From Microthyrium microscopicum (lineage: Eukaryota), in contig MU004236.1 of the NCBI GenBank assembly GCA_010405405.1, forward strand, positions 2,362,070 through 2,415,436: DNA of 53,367 nt. The letters are read 5' to 3'. This document shows positions 38,089 through 51,752 of this stretch, piece by piece. Numbering within the stretch: position 1 is the stretch's first letter; every line of letters starts with the position of its first letter. Position numbers and translations under genes: made by a program. The notes beneath the pieces are model-generated. The model was given only the letters and a program-made list of their open reading frames with translations. It made no database searches and was not told where the DNA came from.

Positions 38089-39015
38089 GGCGAAGTTTAA
38101 GAGGTAATGGGATAGAAGATCAGCAGTGACCGTGACGAGAGGCTGTAATAGCCTTTTGGAAATAATGGTATGGAGGTCGTACGGATGGCAAAATTCATCC
38201 ATTTGCCAAAAGATCCTGATTTGCGTGGACGATGTCTTAGGGAGTTGTTGCGGTCACTGATCCTTAACACTGGCTGGCCCTTCCTGCCGTTTGTAGTCAC
38301 CTTGCTCTTGCCATATGTCTGGTGCTCCGTCAATATGAACATAGTCAAACATCACCCAATCAAGAAAATCATAGTCCACATAAGAAGCTATCCAGATGAA
38401 TCAGATTACTATTGATCCGTCTATCCATCATTACATCAATTGTATATCGCCCCAAAACACACAAACTACACACCAAGCAGCCGTCAGTCGGCATCAGCCA
38501 GCGCAGTTGCACATTAAACAAAACGCATCTTTGCCATGCCCCTTTTTTGTTTCGCAAAAACCTTGCAGAAAAGAAAAATCCTCATCGCTTTTGCTTAATA
38601 GCAGTGTCCATCACAATAACTCCAGAGCTAGACCCAGCGCTAATGACTATGCTGCAAAATATAACCGTGTATGAGACAGTAAAACGCGAAGACTCCTGAG
38701 CTCACAAAGACCTTTTGAAACCGGTAATGTCGTGCTGAGAACATGAAATGGGTTGAGGGAATGATGGGAAGGATTAAGATGCGGTTCGTGTTGGTGGTGA
38801 TGATAGGTGATTGTGTATTTGTACTCTAGATGGGTAGAGTGAGTTGTTTAGAAAAGAGAAGCGCAGAGAAAACATAGAGGAACATAGATATAAGAGCTGT
38901 TAGGGGTATCATTCGCTGTTGTTAAGGTGGGCATTAAACAAATGTATGCGGCTATGGCTATTTTTCCAGGCAGCATACTGAGTTGGCTATTTTTGTCTCC
39001 GAAAGCATTCTAATG

Positions 39016-42000
39016 CTATGGCAAAGGGGTAGTCATCGGCGAGACATCGTCAGAGGCCGAAGGGCCGGAAACCGTGGGTCCCGTGGCAGGATGAATTGGA
39101 GGCGCACTCGCGGCCACAGCTGTCGGCTTAGGCGACTGAGTGCGGCTGGTTGAACTGGAGAAACCACCAGACATTGGCCGGTTACGCACACTTGGTGCGC
39201 TGTCGGTGAATTCATCGGCACAGTACGTCTTAAGCACTAGTCGCAGCCGGGCAATTTGGATAGGCTTGGAGACAAAGTCATCCATGCCAGCATCTCGACA
39301 GCTTTTAACGTTGGTGTCGTCCGAATAAGCGGAGAGAGCAACGATCGGTTTGCGACAGCCATATTCCCTGATTAGCTTAGTGGCTTGCACGCCGTCCATG
39401 ATAGGCATTTGCACGTCCATGAAGATGAGATCGTACTCGGAGTTGCTCGCCATGCTTTCCTTGACTCTGTCAAGCGCCTGTTGGCCATCTTCTGCTACAT
39501 CAACATTATGTATCTTTTCCAGCCTGAGCATTCGAAGCACAACGGTTTGATTCATCTTGTTGTCTTCGGCGATGAGGATACGTATTTTCCTACCTCCAGT
39601 CTTGTCTGGCTCTGGAGGCGAGTCATTGGACTTTGCTGGCGCAAAGAATGGGGCGCTGAGTCCCACGAGTCTTGGCTGGGAGTCTGGATCGAACGCTGGT
39701 GTAGAAGAAGAGGTGGGCGTAGGAAAGTTTTCAGGCTGTGTACTGTGATCATTGGTGCTGACCGCTAATGGTTTTTCGTCGAGGCTTCCTCTGGGTGAAG
39801 CACGAGAGATGGTCTCGGCGCTCCCAGTGCTACCAGCTCTACTGGCTAAATGACGAAGGGGTATTCGCATAGTAAATGTGCTGCCTACGCCCTCTTCACT
39901 TTTGAGTGAAATTGTTCCATGCATCAATGTTGCTAGTTGTCGACAAATGCTCAAACCCAAACCAGTGCCGCTGTATTTCTTGCTCAAGGAATAATCGCCT
40001 TGGAAAAAGGGCTCGAATATCCTGTCCTGAAGCAGAAAAGGTACGCCTGGTCCCGTGTCATGTACTTCAAACTCAAACATTAGTTCGCGAGCATGAGGTG
40101 GCGGCGAATTGGTCCGTATTGAAAGACCAGGCTCCAAAGAAGAGGCACGATCTGAACGTCCAGAATATTCCGATGTATTGGAATAGACTCTGGATCGTGA
40201 GTTGCGACCAGAACCGTGCCTCGAGGTGAATGATTCTTTGCGCGTGATCTCTGGCTCTCCAGTACATCGAATAGTAACAAGTACATTGCCATTCTCGGGT
40301 GTAAACTTGAGGGCGTTCGATGTGAGATTGATGACCACTTGCAAAATCCTGGTTTTGTCACCCCAGACAATCATATCCTTGACTCTGCCAGTTCCATGTG
40401 GTCCATTGGCTGAGCGGCCTTCACCGGTATTGTCAAAAGAGTTGCTGTCTGTTACGCCCTCAAAGTTCACTCTTAGATCAATCTGTCGGTCCTTGGCCAT
40501 CCTATCAAACACTGCAAAGATTTGCGTGCTGATGTCGCGAGTGCGAAACTCCTTCTGTTCGAGAGTGATTGTAGAGACTTGATTTTTGCTGAAGCTTAGC
40601 AAATCCTCAATCAGCTTTTGCAGTAAGTCACCCTGTGAGTATATTGTTCTCATGTCTCTCTTCAGAGCAATGATATTGTTTTCAGCTTGCGCTGTTTGGG
40701 CTGTACCAATAATTCCATTCAGCGGTGTTTTGAGTTCGTGTGAAATGTTCGCCACGAACAGGGTTTTCATCTCGTTGGCTGCCTCAGCTGCTTTTTTACT
40801 CTCCTCAAGCTCCGCAGTTCTTTGACGCACTCTTTCTTCAAGTTTTTCATAGTTTACCATCAACTCGTCGCACATTTCATTGAATGTTGCCGTAAGATCA
40901 GAAAGCTCGTCCTTAATAAAGTGCTTATGGTCTTTAACCTTGCTTGGAACTCGGAATTGTCTTCGCCTTCGATCGCCTCCTTCTCGCGGGTTTGCTTTTT
41001 TGCGGCGAAAGTGTAAAATTGAACCCACAAATCCCTCCTTTCTTGCCAGTGCCCGATCCGAGTGATCATCGTGACTTTCTGGACCTTCTACATCGCGACT
41101 TACCTCCCCGTCGCTCAAAGGATCCCGTGGGTCAATTGAATTGCTGGTTGCTTCGCGAAGTCTTCGGATGGGTCGGCTTGAGAAATGTGCAATGGGTACA
41201 ACCATAACAATCAAGGCTGCCGCTGTGCCGAACACACAGGTAATCAATATCGTTTTCAGATGGTTGATTGGCGCCCAGACTTCTGAGTGTGACTTCTCCA
41301 CAACTATCAACCAGTCAACGATAGCGGAGTTCGGTATGGCATAACCGACAGCGACAGTGATGTTGTTTTCGTTTGTGGTACTGACATCAGCTCCAGCATT
41401 GTTCAGCTTGTTGTTGTCCACGGTCATAGCCTGCTTGATGATAGGATATGCATTCCAGGTAAAGTTAGGCTGAGGGCTGCCAAATGCATATTGTGAGTGA
41501 CGATGTGCGGTGTTATTAGGTGGAACCACAAATCTGATAGTCATGTCTGAGTCCAGAGCAGTTTGATTTTTGACGTCTTGGTTGTAAAATACCCCCGGTG
41601 GAAATTTGCTAGTTCTATTAGAAGGTCCAACCAGGAGTGTGACACCGGTGTTGTCAAGGCCTTCCATTGATTGTATAGGCTGTAAAATAAAAGTTGCTTC
41701 CACGATGATGCAAAGCCAACCCAAAATCGAATCAGAGGCTGAAGTAACTATGGGCAGTGTTAATGACATAAGACCGTAGCTCGCGTTGGTCATGTAAGGA
41801 CCAAGGACAATCACGCTATCCGTATTGAGAGTCTGACTTCTGTACATAACATCTGAGGTTCCGTTGGGATAAGTGAAGTTGGGATATAGATTTGGGGGAT
41901 AGCCGTATCCCGGATCGCCAAGGAAGACATGAGAGCCATTAGTATCAGCTACGGGCAAAGGTATCTGACCCGTGACTCCAGCGCCAGTTGCTTGTATGAT

Positions 42001-43314
42001 GGTATTATTCGCGCCTTGACTTGTGGGAGGTCTTACGGCAGAAAAGATCTTGGCTTGCATCAAAAAGCCGCGCTGTTGGGCCCCATTCAAGGAAACACCT
42101 AGATCCTGTTGAGCTAACGTAATGTTGGCTGCATCCATTCCATCGGGGTTCAGGTTGTAGTTCTCCAAAACACCTTGTATCAAAATGCGAGTGGATATGG
42201 ATCGCACGCTGGTTTCGAGAAGTACCAAGCCGGATGCGACTTGAGCTGCTTTAAGAGATGCAGTTGTAGTTAGCGACGTGGCAGTCTATATAAGCAGTCA
42301 GCATTGGCTTTGATCCACGTCATGAGCAGCGAAGCAGCAAACAACGGACAGAGTGTAACGACCGGTTTGAAAGTGCGGGAAAAGGTTGTGATCATGTTCC
42401 AATAAACGTCGACCATTCTCTCGAAACCGAATCGAGGTTGTAAACGTAAAATGAGACAGATCTGGTAATTGTGTTGAATGCCATCAAGCGCAATGACTTA
42501 CCACACCGAGTACAAAATTGTGATTCGTGATCTGCAAGTCATGTATCAGTCAAAGCAGATCGACTTAAAGTAGGAAGCATTATCATACCCATGTTGCAAT
42601 TGTTACGACAGCCAATCCAATCAAACTTGCAAGAAGGACAAGACCTGCTAACTGTACACGAATGCCAATCCTGACCATCTTTCTTTCCGGATCGTCAGAT
42701 CCCAGGCTCGAGCTTTGAGCAGATGCTCGAGCCTGCAAAGGCGTGCGTGCCGGAGTAGTCGGGCGGGACCTCGGGGTCAAGGAGGATAAAGGTACTTCGT
42801 CTTTTACGGATTTGGCATGATTTGTGAATTTGGAGTGAGCGATGGACGAGCCGTAGGACGAAATGTTGGGTAGCGGAGTGGGCGAGACTGGCGACACAGC
42901 GCCCGCCGCGACGGATGTGGTATTGGGTGTATTTGTAGTTACGGCGTTGGAATGAACAGGCGGCGGCTGGATTGCTTGTCGCGCGGTTGAAGGAGGTTTG
43001 GATGATTGGGACTCGCGGGTATCGACAGCACCTAAGGAAGGTTGAACTAAGAAGGAGTGTGGAAGGCTTGGCACGCGTGAAATCGATTGATCGTGGAAAG
43101 AATTGTCGATGCTGGAATGAGGGGATGTAGACGTATTGCTGCCGAGGGAATAACTGGATGGCGATGGTGATGGAGGTGAAGTTGAAGATGGCAATGGCTT
43201 GCCGGAACCAGTGGGCGCAGCAGGAGCAAAGGACCTGCGAGACTGAGAGTGAATGTCCCCCAAGTCCAGGTCGGCGTCTGAAGGACGAGAGTGAAATTCA
43301 GAATCTAGACCCAT
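39016..43314 (-). CDS. SLN1: Membrane-bound hybrid two-component histidine kinase, Sln1/TcsB type (group VI)
   Basis: Exons 43314 (or 42678)-42589, 42531-42502 and 42285-39016. Two TM segments flank an extracellular domain. Motifs: split HAMP-like region, H-box FVANISHELKTPLNGI, N-box INLTSNALKFT, DTGPG, GTGLGLSIC, and receiver domain LIAEDN...IFMDVQMP...KP. Confidence 0.92.
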
Positions 43315-43371
43315 TTGCGCATGAAGCTAGCCCGCTTGGGGATAGTGCTAAAGACCCCTGCTCCCTAAGTC

Positions 43372-43400
43372 CTCTCAGACTCTCAGACTCTCAGACTCTC
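43372..43400. repeat. Short 8-bp tandem repeat (CTCTCAGA)x3.6 upstream of the histidine kinase ORF
   Basis: The sequence CTCTCAGACTCTCAGACTCTCAGACTCTC is seen directly. Confidence 0.85.
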
Positions 43401-45403
43401 GTCCTTTTTAACTTTACAAGGTAAAGAAAATACTGCCTGTCCAGTGGCCCGGTGTGGCCAGTTTTGTAAGCTGTTCCACAGCGAACGAGAATCCGATCCG
43501 ATACTGGCTTATTCGTACATATATTTCGCCAATCGCGATTATTGACGACCTGTACCAATTGAACGATAAGTTGGGAACATTGAACTTCGAGGGGGCCTTA
43601 ATCTTCCAAGTCTGTGCTTTACAGCCTTTACAGGACGGTCCAAGTATTCCGAGGCTTGCTCAACGCGGACGCAAGTGACAAGTCAATCGCTGCACGTAAT
43701 TCTCAAGCGTCGTTGAAGGTGAATTTGCGACATACACTATTCTGACGTAGAGACTAGAGTAGTGTTGAATTTGACTTTAACTTTGACTTGGCTATCGAGC
43801 CTGAAGCAGAGTAGTGAGGCTGCTGCGATCCGTTGATTTCCTGTTCCGGTCGCTTGGGTTCCAAAGTAACATGATTTTGGTCTGAAAGGCTCAGGCGACT
43901 GCAGGTTTGAGAGGCGCGATAACGTGCTTTCAGTCTTGGTGTGCGGACAGACGTGTGATCAAAGGGAGAATCAAAGATATTATTGGGGATTGTGAGAGTC
44001 GACTCCTGAGTCCTGAGTCTTGACCGGCGGGTTCACCGTTGAGTTTCGCCGAACGCGTGGCTAGCTCTTTGCTTCGTAACCAACAACAAGCTCCTCGCTA
44101 CTGTATCATACAGTATCTCGTCCAGTAGCTGATTGTCGTACTCGTTCTGCTTCGTCCTTTCAAGCCAGAAAGGAAGAAAATGCTAGGACATTACAGTCGG
44201 TATCGCATGTCATGTTTAATACACCGAGCGTACCACTTCCAGGGTCTCAATCAGCAAGGCTTTATCCTGGCATACCTGGCAGTTCGCTAAGACTGAACAA
44301 GCACAATACCTAAGCCTCACGAGTCACCAACAAGTCAGAGGACGACGGAAGCGAGAATGATGCCGATCTTCAACTGTCCTGGAATATGTTACAATCATGA
44401 TTATCTTGGCTGTCCACTAGGGCACAATGCTGGAAATTGAATACCAGTCATTTTTCAGCTTTAGTATTGTCGCTGTGCCGAATACCCGTAATGAGAAAGG
44501 ATCTGCATATAAAGATCAGTTCATATATAATCATAAAATTTACAATTCCATGATGTGATTCAAATCGCATTATCTGCTTCATCTATTGACGAGCATCTCA
44601 ACACCGGATACTCTGGCATTGTGTTTTCTATTCTATTCCTTGAAAACATCAAAAACTGCCAGCCACAGATATGCTAGTTTGGTCTACATTTCCCCACAAG
44701 GAAGCTGTCAAAAATGTTTCATGGCCCTGTCCTTCTGTTTGTTAAACATGCTCTAAACTTTTCCATTTTGTTTCCTAACCGCAATGCTGTTGGCGATTCG
44801 TTTCTGTTAACGTCAAGCCCCTGGATTCGCCTCTCATCACTACCAGGGAAGCCTGGCGCGATCTTTCTCTCTAGAGTACAGTTGGAGCGTGGCAAACAAT
44901 TTTTGCAAGTCTGATTTACAATGCAGCAATGTTTACAAGGGGACGAAATACGGCCTATGTGGCCGCAATTGTGACCCGAATTGTGGGACATCAAGGACTG
45001 GAATTCACTGGCATTCTTCAGCTCGAGGATACAAGCAAAAATGATTTTAGAAGGGTTGTCCAAAAGAATAGCCTAATGGATGATCCATCTTACATTGCTA
45101 CCAAACTTTGGAACGAACAGATCATCAAAGACATCTATCTAAGATGAAGTAGTTTGTCCCCGCCCACTTGTCCAGAACCAGATCGACAACTAGACTGTAA
45201 CAAAAACAATGACCCCTTCCCGCTTCGTTCCTTGATTTTTGAATGGTTGCTTGAAAAGTGGATAGGGTGAAGAACAGTTCTAACGCGTTTCCCTAAATAC
45301 CGCGCGGCTGGGCAATTTATGGAAATAAACGCAAGGGACGTTTTTCTGTTTTTGTTTCCAAAACCCCATATTGAACCCACTCTCCAATGCTGTTATTGAT
45401 CGC

Positions 45404-46181
45404 TTATTTTGGAGCCTCCTTGGCGTCAATGCAAGACTCCTCGCCCATGGCAGTGAGAACAATGACATCTGATAGAAAGAATGGAGGTTAGCTAAGAAGG
45501 GCATGCGGCAAAGCTGCTAGTGGTGGGAAACAACATACTGAGGTCCTTGCCCTCCTCTTGGAACCACTTCTTAATCTTGTCACCAACATCACCATCTGGA
45601 ATCTTGACATCGTCCTTGGTGGAACCATCATCGGACATGAGAGACAGAAAGTCATCATCGGTAACATCAAGCTAATATCACTCTGTTAGCTGTTGATCAA
45701 AGATTGAGGATGAGGAGTAAATGCGCACAAGCTGGTATTCCTGGCGACGAACGTTGGGAACATCCATGTTGTGGGTGGATGGGCACAATTCTTCGAGCTT
45801 CTTTCCGGTGAAGATGTCGATGGCTACAAGATGGACTTTCGCGTGACCGTGCTTGCCGGTTTTGGAGGTGGACATGTCTACAATCTTGCAAGGACGGTTC
45901 TTGATGCAGACGAAGCCGTTCTTGCGCAGAGCGGAACACTGCATCGGGTAGGTGGCTGAGGCACCGGCATCGGCGCTCTCGAAGGTGTGCTGCTCATGCT
46001 GGAGAAGAAGAGCTTAATTAGCAGATGGACAGAATGATAGAATAAGAGGCTTTGCGTCGAGACTTGAACGAAGCACTACTGTGGGGGTTTTTGGGCTGCG
46101 CGAAATGTCGAGAAAAAGTGGCGGATGGATTTGGGCCTTGCGGGGTGGAGTATAGAAACATACCTGGGCGTCGTCTGCCAT
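45404..46181 (-). CDS. HYP2: Eukaryotic translation factor eIF5A (161 aa)
   Basis: Four exons (46181-46164, 45998-45729, 45671-45539, 45468-45404) with GT-AG introns. Contains the invariant hypusination motif [12 protein letters not shown]. Confidence 0.97.
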
Positions 46182-49100
46182 GGTGACAACAGTAAGGAGA
46201 TAGGATTGAGATGGTTGGAGTCGACGAGCAAGCAATAAAGCTCAACGAAAGGGAATAGGTTTGTTGGTGTGGGCGAAAGGAAATTTGGTGTTGAGGCAAG
46301 AAGAAATGGTCCAAACTGTCCGAGAAGCGTAACCCACTGCCCCGCGTGCCCGCCTGTAGATTGGTTGCTCCTTCAATGTTCAGTATCGGCCCGGGAAAAT
46401 CCCAAGCTCCGGCGCGCCATAAAATTTATCTACTATTATTTGCTGTCCTTGGAATGGTCAGACCCACCCGCTAGCAACTACCTTGCTCTAGGTTTTGGGT
46501 AGTAGTACCAATTATTTCAACTACCACCCATGGACTATGAGGTTGTACTTGGAGAGGGAATCTCATGGCATACTACAGTCCTACACATGAAGGAAATGCT
46601 GTCAAGCTTTACAATGCTCAGAACTGGGTTAGAAGTTCTTCACGTGATTATCATTCATAGCTTGAGTTGAGGTGTGGTGTTGATTAACCCTTCTATTATC
46701 TCAGAAGCTCATACTCTTAGGGAAGTCAAAGGGACGATATGCGTATTAAAAAGTAGTAGCGTAGCTATAATAATATTAGTATAGTATTTTAAACTTATTA
46801 AATTATATATACTAATTATAGTATAGCGTCTATCTTTTTTCTTAAAAGTTTAAAACTATATTATATTCTTTACTAGTATAAAAGCTTATATTTTTATTAA
46901 TAACTATCTATCTTTTTATTATTATTAAACTATTATTATCTAGGCTAGCGTCTTAAAATATATATTAAACTCTTCCTCTTATCTTATTATATTTTTAAAA
47001 AATAATATAAGTCTATATTAATAATTAAATAGACTATAGTAGTTCCTTAGATAGTAGTATTTTAGCCTAGTTATCTTTACTCTAACGCTATATAATTAGT
47101 AACCTTTTTTTCTACTATAATTATCTATATATTTTACTATAGTATATATTATACGTTTTATATACTAGTATAATATATTAAGTTTATATAGATACTATTA
47201 TACTTTATATAATAAAATACTTAGCCTATATAATAACTACTACTCTCTACTTTAGCTCCTTCTCTACCTAATAGTCTTATTACTAAAACTCTTTAGGTTA
47301 ATATTTAAGATAAATATAAGATAGAAAAGATAATATATAACGTCTTATATTTACTAGCTACTTAATAGTTAAATTTTCTTATATTACTTTATGCTTTTAT
47401 TAACCTAAAGCTCTTAACATATAAAGGTAATTCTATCCTATTCCTAAATATATATTATTAGTATCCTAATTAGTAGTAATAAATATTAATAGATATATTA
47501 GTTAATACCTAAGATTTAGGTTTTTCTAATATAAAATACTCTTTATTTAATATTAAGAAGAAACTTACTAAGCTTTCTACTAACTTAGAGTTTTTTAAGA
47601 AAATCTATAAAATAGTTAATCCTTATAATATTAATATTATTTATACCTTTTTAGATATATAAATATAGGTACCTTCTTAAGTTAAATTTATTATACTACT
47701 ATTAAGAAATATATATTATAACTACTCTAGCACTAAAGAGTAGCTTACTTAGAATAAGGAAGTATAATATAAGTTAGAATAGAAAGCTTAAGATATAGTA
47801 TATATAATTATAATAATAGTTTATAATATTAAATAGGCTTTAAAGTCTAACTTCCTTCCTATAGCTTTATTAATATACTTATATAGTATTAAGATAAAGA
47901 GAAGAGGACTTAAAGTTCTTAGTAATCTTAGCATTAGAAGTAGTTATACTATTATACTCTAGTTCCTTAATAAAGTAATAGAAGAAGCTTAAGTAGATAA
48001 AATTTAATAACTTTTCTTTACGTTTATATTATAAATATTATTATTCTTAATCTTTCTACTTAATAATATATATAGCTTATAAAGTTACTATTATAAGCTA
48101 TTATTCTTTAAGTCTTTCTATATATAACTTCTTACTATATAGTAGTTATAATACCTTATTAATAGTATCTAATTATATAGTTAGTATAGCCTATATAGTC
48201 TAGTACTATATACTATTAGTTAGGCATTATAACTACTATATAACTAGGAAGGCTATATAGTTAGTATGTTTAGATATTATTATTTTAGGTAAATTAATAA
48301 CTATACTAACTATATAGCTTATATAGCCTATATAGCTTATATAGTTATAGTTTTACTTTCTTTTTATATTTTACCTTTTAATTTATTATTTCTTTATATC
48401 TAATAATACTAATCTTTATATAGAAAGCTTTACCCTAAATAAAAGATCTAAATAAGTAACTTATCTATATCTATAATAATATTAATTTTAAGAATACTAA
48501 GCATTATAAAGTTAATAAGAAGAAGACTAAGATAATTTTTATAATTACTACTACTATTATAGTATGCTTTACTATTTTTATAGATATAGAGCTCCTTTAG
48601 TCTATATATAATTCTACTATTAGACTAAAGTAAGAATATATTATTAATAGTTTATTCTATATTAGGAATAAAACATTAGTATTATAAAATACTATATACT
48701 TTTATTCTATATAATAACGTATAATTTATAACTCGCTATAGAAGGTTTATAGTAAAAAGATAGAACTAAAAAAGTAGTAGTAGTTAAAAAAGAAAAATAA
48801 GTCTAAAAAGAGTAAGCTTAGTCTACCTTAGTAGCTAATAATTAATTATCTTATATTAGAAAAAATAGTATTCTATTAATTTAGTACTATTAATAAAAAT
48901 AAAGGTACTATTTAGGGTATTTATACTATATATAAGCATATATTTCTAGACTAGATAAACTATAAGTACTAATTAAGGCTAACTAATACTAGATTTAATA
49001 TATTTAAAAATTCTTTAATTATAGTTTATAAAGACTAGTTAACTTATAAGCTAATTTAATAAACTAAGGTTAATTCTATAGACTCTCTTTTTCTATTTAT

Positions 49101-51103
49101 ATAGTATAAATAGTTATTATTTTACCTAGGATTATTCTATATTAGTATAGCTATTACTAATCTTATAGTTTAGACTTATTTTAATATTATTACTAGTAAT
49201 ATTAGTAATAATACTATTTATACTATTAAGTTAAATCTTTTCTTTTAAAACTAATTTATTTATATATAGGATAGATAAAAGATCTATTAGTTAGCCTTAG
49301 CGTTAGTAGTAAGCTTTTAAGCTTAGGTTTTAATTTTATTTATATAGGTTATAATTAATAAGAAAAAGAGTATTCTAGTATTTACTATTAAGTCTAATTA
49401 TCTTAATTATTAAAGTATACTAATAAATAACGTTACTTAGCTATCTTATTAAAAAGTTAGATAATTAAGTAACTTAATTATATAGCATACCTTTATACTC
49501 TAGGTATAAAATAGTAGGACTACTAATCTTATATATTTTACCTCTTCTTTAGTCTAGGTACCTCTAAACGCTAATTAACTTAATATTAATTTTTAAACTA
49601 TATATTAATATCTTTAAGAGATTAAGTTATAGATTATATTTTATTATACTATTAAGTATAGGAACGTTAGTATATTTAAGCTTCTAATTAATTCTTTACT
49701 ATTAATATTTTCTAAATTAGGTTAGTATAATTATATAGAGATAATAATATATTAGAGGTAGCTACTTATAGATAGTATATATACCTTAGTACTATAAAGG
49801 TTTCTTTTATAGTTTACGTTTATAAACTAAAAAAGTAAATTAGATATCTTTAAAGTAATAGATCTTAGTTTAGAGTACCTTAATTATACTTATAAGCTAG
49901 ATATAAAATATTATAAGAACTTAATATATAATTTTATAACTACTTTTAACTAATTTTATCTTACTAGTCTATTTTAGTACGTACTTTATAACCTCCTTAA
50001 GAGTACTTTTAGGAATATTAATAATAGAGTATATACTTCCTACTAAGCTAATATAGATATTTAGTAATAAGCTATATATCTTATAAAAAATAGATATTTT
50101 AGGCCTTACCCTAAAAGTAACTAGCTAGTTAAACTATTTAATTCTAGAGATATTAAGCAATATAGCATAAATAACTTAGATAAGTATATTACTATTTTTA
50201 ACTCCTCCTTTATATAAATAACTATAAGTAGTTATCTTCTTATATATAAACTATTCTAAGACTTAGTTAGGTATAGGCCTATTAATAGTCTTAGTAATAA
50301 GTATAGTAAGGATTTTAATAACTATATTAATAATTATCTTAATATAAATAATAATAAGTTTATTAAACGTAATAGTATTAGTATATTTCTAAAAAAGATA
50401 CTAATTAATATAGACCTAAATAAATAGAAAGTTTTAAGGCTAGAATAGGAAGCTAAGTAATAGTAACTAGAAAAAGAAGATAAATTATTTAGAGATAAAG
50501 CTAATATAGAAATACTTAATAAGAATAGTACTATTTAAGATATTATTCTATAGTATATACTAGTCTAGTATCCCTAAAATATAACTTCTATAGTAAAGTA
50601 TTATATTACTATCTATTATAATAGTATTTTAGTTTAATTTCTCTACGTAATATTATCTTTATTATAAAGATCTATAAATTTAGTAATAGTAGTAATAGGC
50701 GTAGATATATTATTCTTATTATCTAACTATTATTATATTAGTTAAGGCATATACTTTTACCTTCCTATAAATTAGTTATCCTATATTATATCCTCTTCCT
50801 AGCTCTTATAGCGCATTTAATAGTATAAAAATTATTAAATTAAATAAGGCCTTTCTAGTTAGGAGGTCTACTCTTATTTAAGTCTTGTATTTAGTTACTA
50901 ATCTTGTCTATAGCGCCTAATAGTAATAAATATACTAAATATAACGTAAATTTAGATAAGATAAGAGTTTAGATTATTATAGGATAGGCAAAGGGCAATA
51001 GTAAGTAAGATTAATATATTATTATAGATAGAGTATACTTAGTACTAGTCGTTAAAATTATTATTTCTAATATAGGTAAACGTATTAAACTATTAAACTA
51101 GTA

Positions 51104-51300
51104 CTTCTAACTATATAGAACGTATACTATATATAAGATAGATTCTAGGGTTTAAACTAAGGCTTCTAACTATATAGAACATATAAGCTATATAAGACAA
51201 ATTATAGAGTTTAAACTTAGGCTTCTAACTATATAGAGTATATAAGCTATATAAAACGTTTTTATAAGTTTAGACTAGGGCTTCTAATTATATAGAATAT
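51104..51300. repeat. 59-bp tandem repeat, ~3.3 copies
   Basis: The unit start CTTCTAA(C/T)TATATAGA recurs at 51104, 51163, 51222 and 51281. Confidence 0.9.
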
Positions 51301-51637
51301 ATCTACCTATCTTTTTAGTTATAATTATATAGTTTACTAGTATCTTTTCTAAGTAGGAAAATTTTAACTTATTAGAGTATAGTATTAATAAGTAAGTATT
51401 CTATAATAAAGTATATATATAGATTAAAGCTCTAGTAATCTACTTTACTCTATATTTATATTAAGTTAGAGTATTATTAGTTTTAGCTAGTTATATATCC
51501 TTAGCTTTTAGTATATTATTAAAGCTTTATATAAAGACTATATATTACTACTCCTAATATTATTATAGAATTATAAAGGCTCTAAAAAAGTAAAGTTATA
51601 TTAGCTATAGTATTTTATATTAACATTACTAATATAT

Positions 51638-51752
51638 NNNNNNNNNNNNNNNNNNNNNNNNNNNNNNNNNNNNNNNNNNNNNNNNNNNNNNNNNNNNNNN
51701 NNNNNNNNNNNNNNNNNNNNNNNNNNNNNNNNNNNNNNNNNNNNNNNNNNNN
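51638..51752. other. Assembly gap (115 N)
   Basis: Run of N characters. Confidence 1.

Noticed and set aside
43454..45380. Short ORFs between the kinase and eIF5A, and the many antisense or overlapping ORFs elsewhere in the track
   Set aside because: No recognisable motifs; consistent with chance ORFs in intergenic/UTR DNA or shadows of real genes.
49600..50600. Faint ankyrin-like reading (AVKYGNVSIFKLL) after mental de-RIP
   Set aside because: A single ambiguous match in heavily mutated sequence with no convincing continuous frame.
51104..51300. Repeat/variable alternation superficially like a CRISPR array
   Set aside because: Eukaryotic context with no cas genes, and the variable parts are homologous to each other, so it is a diverged tandem repeat.
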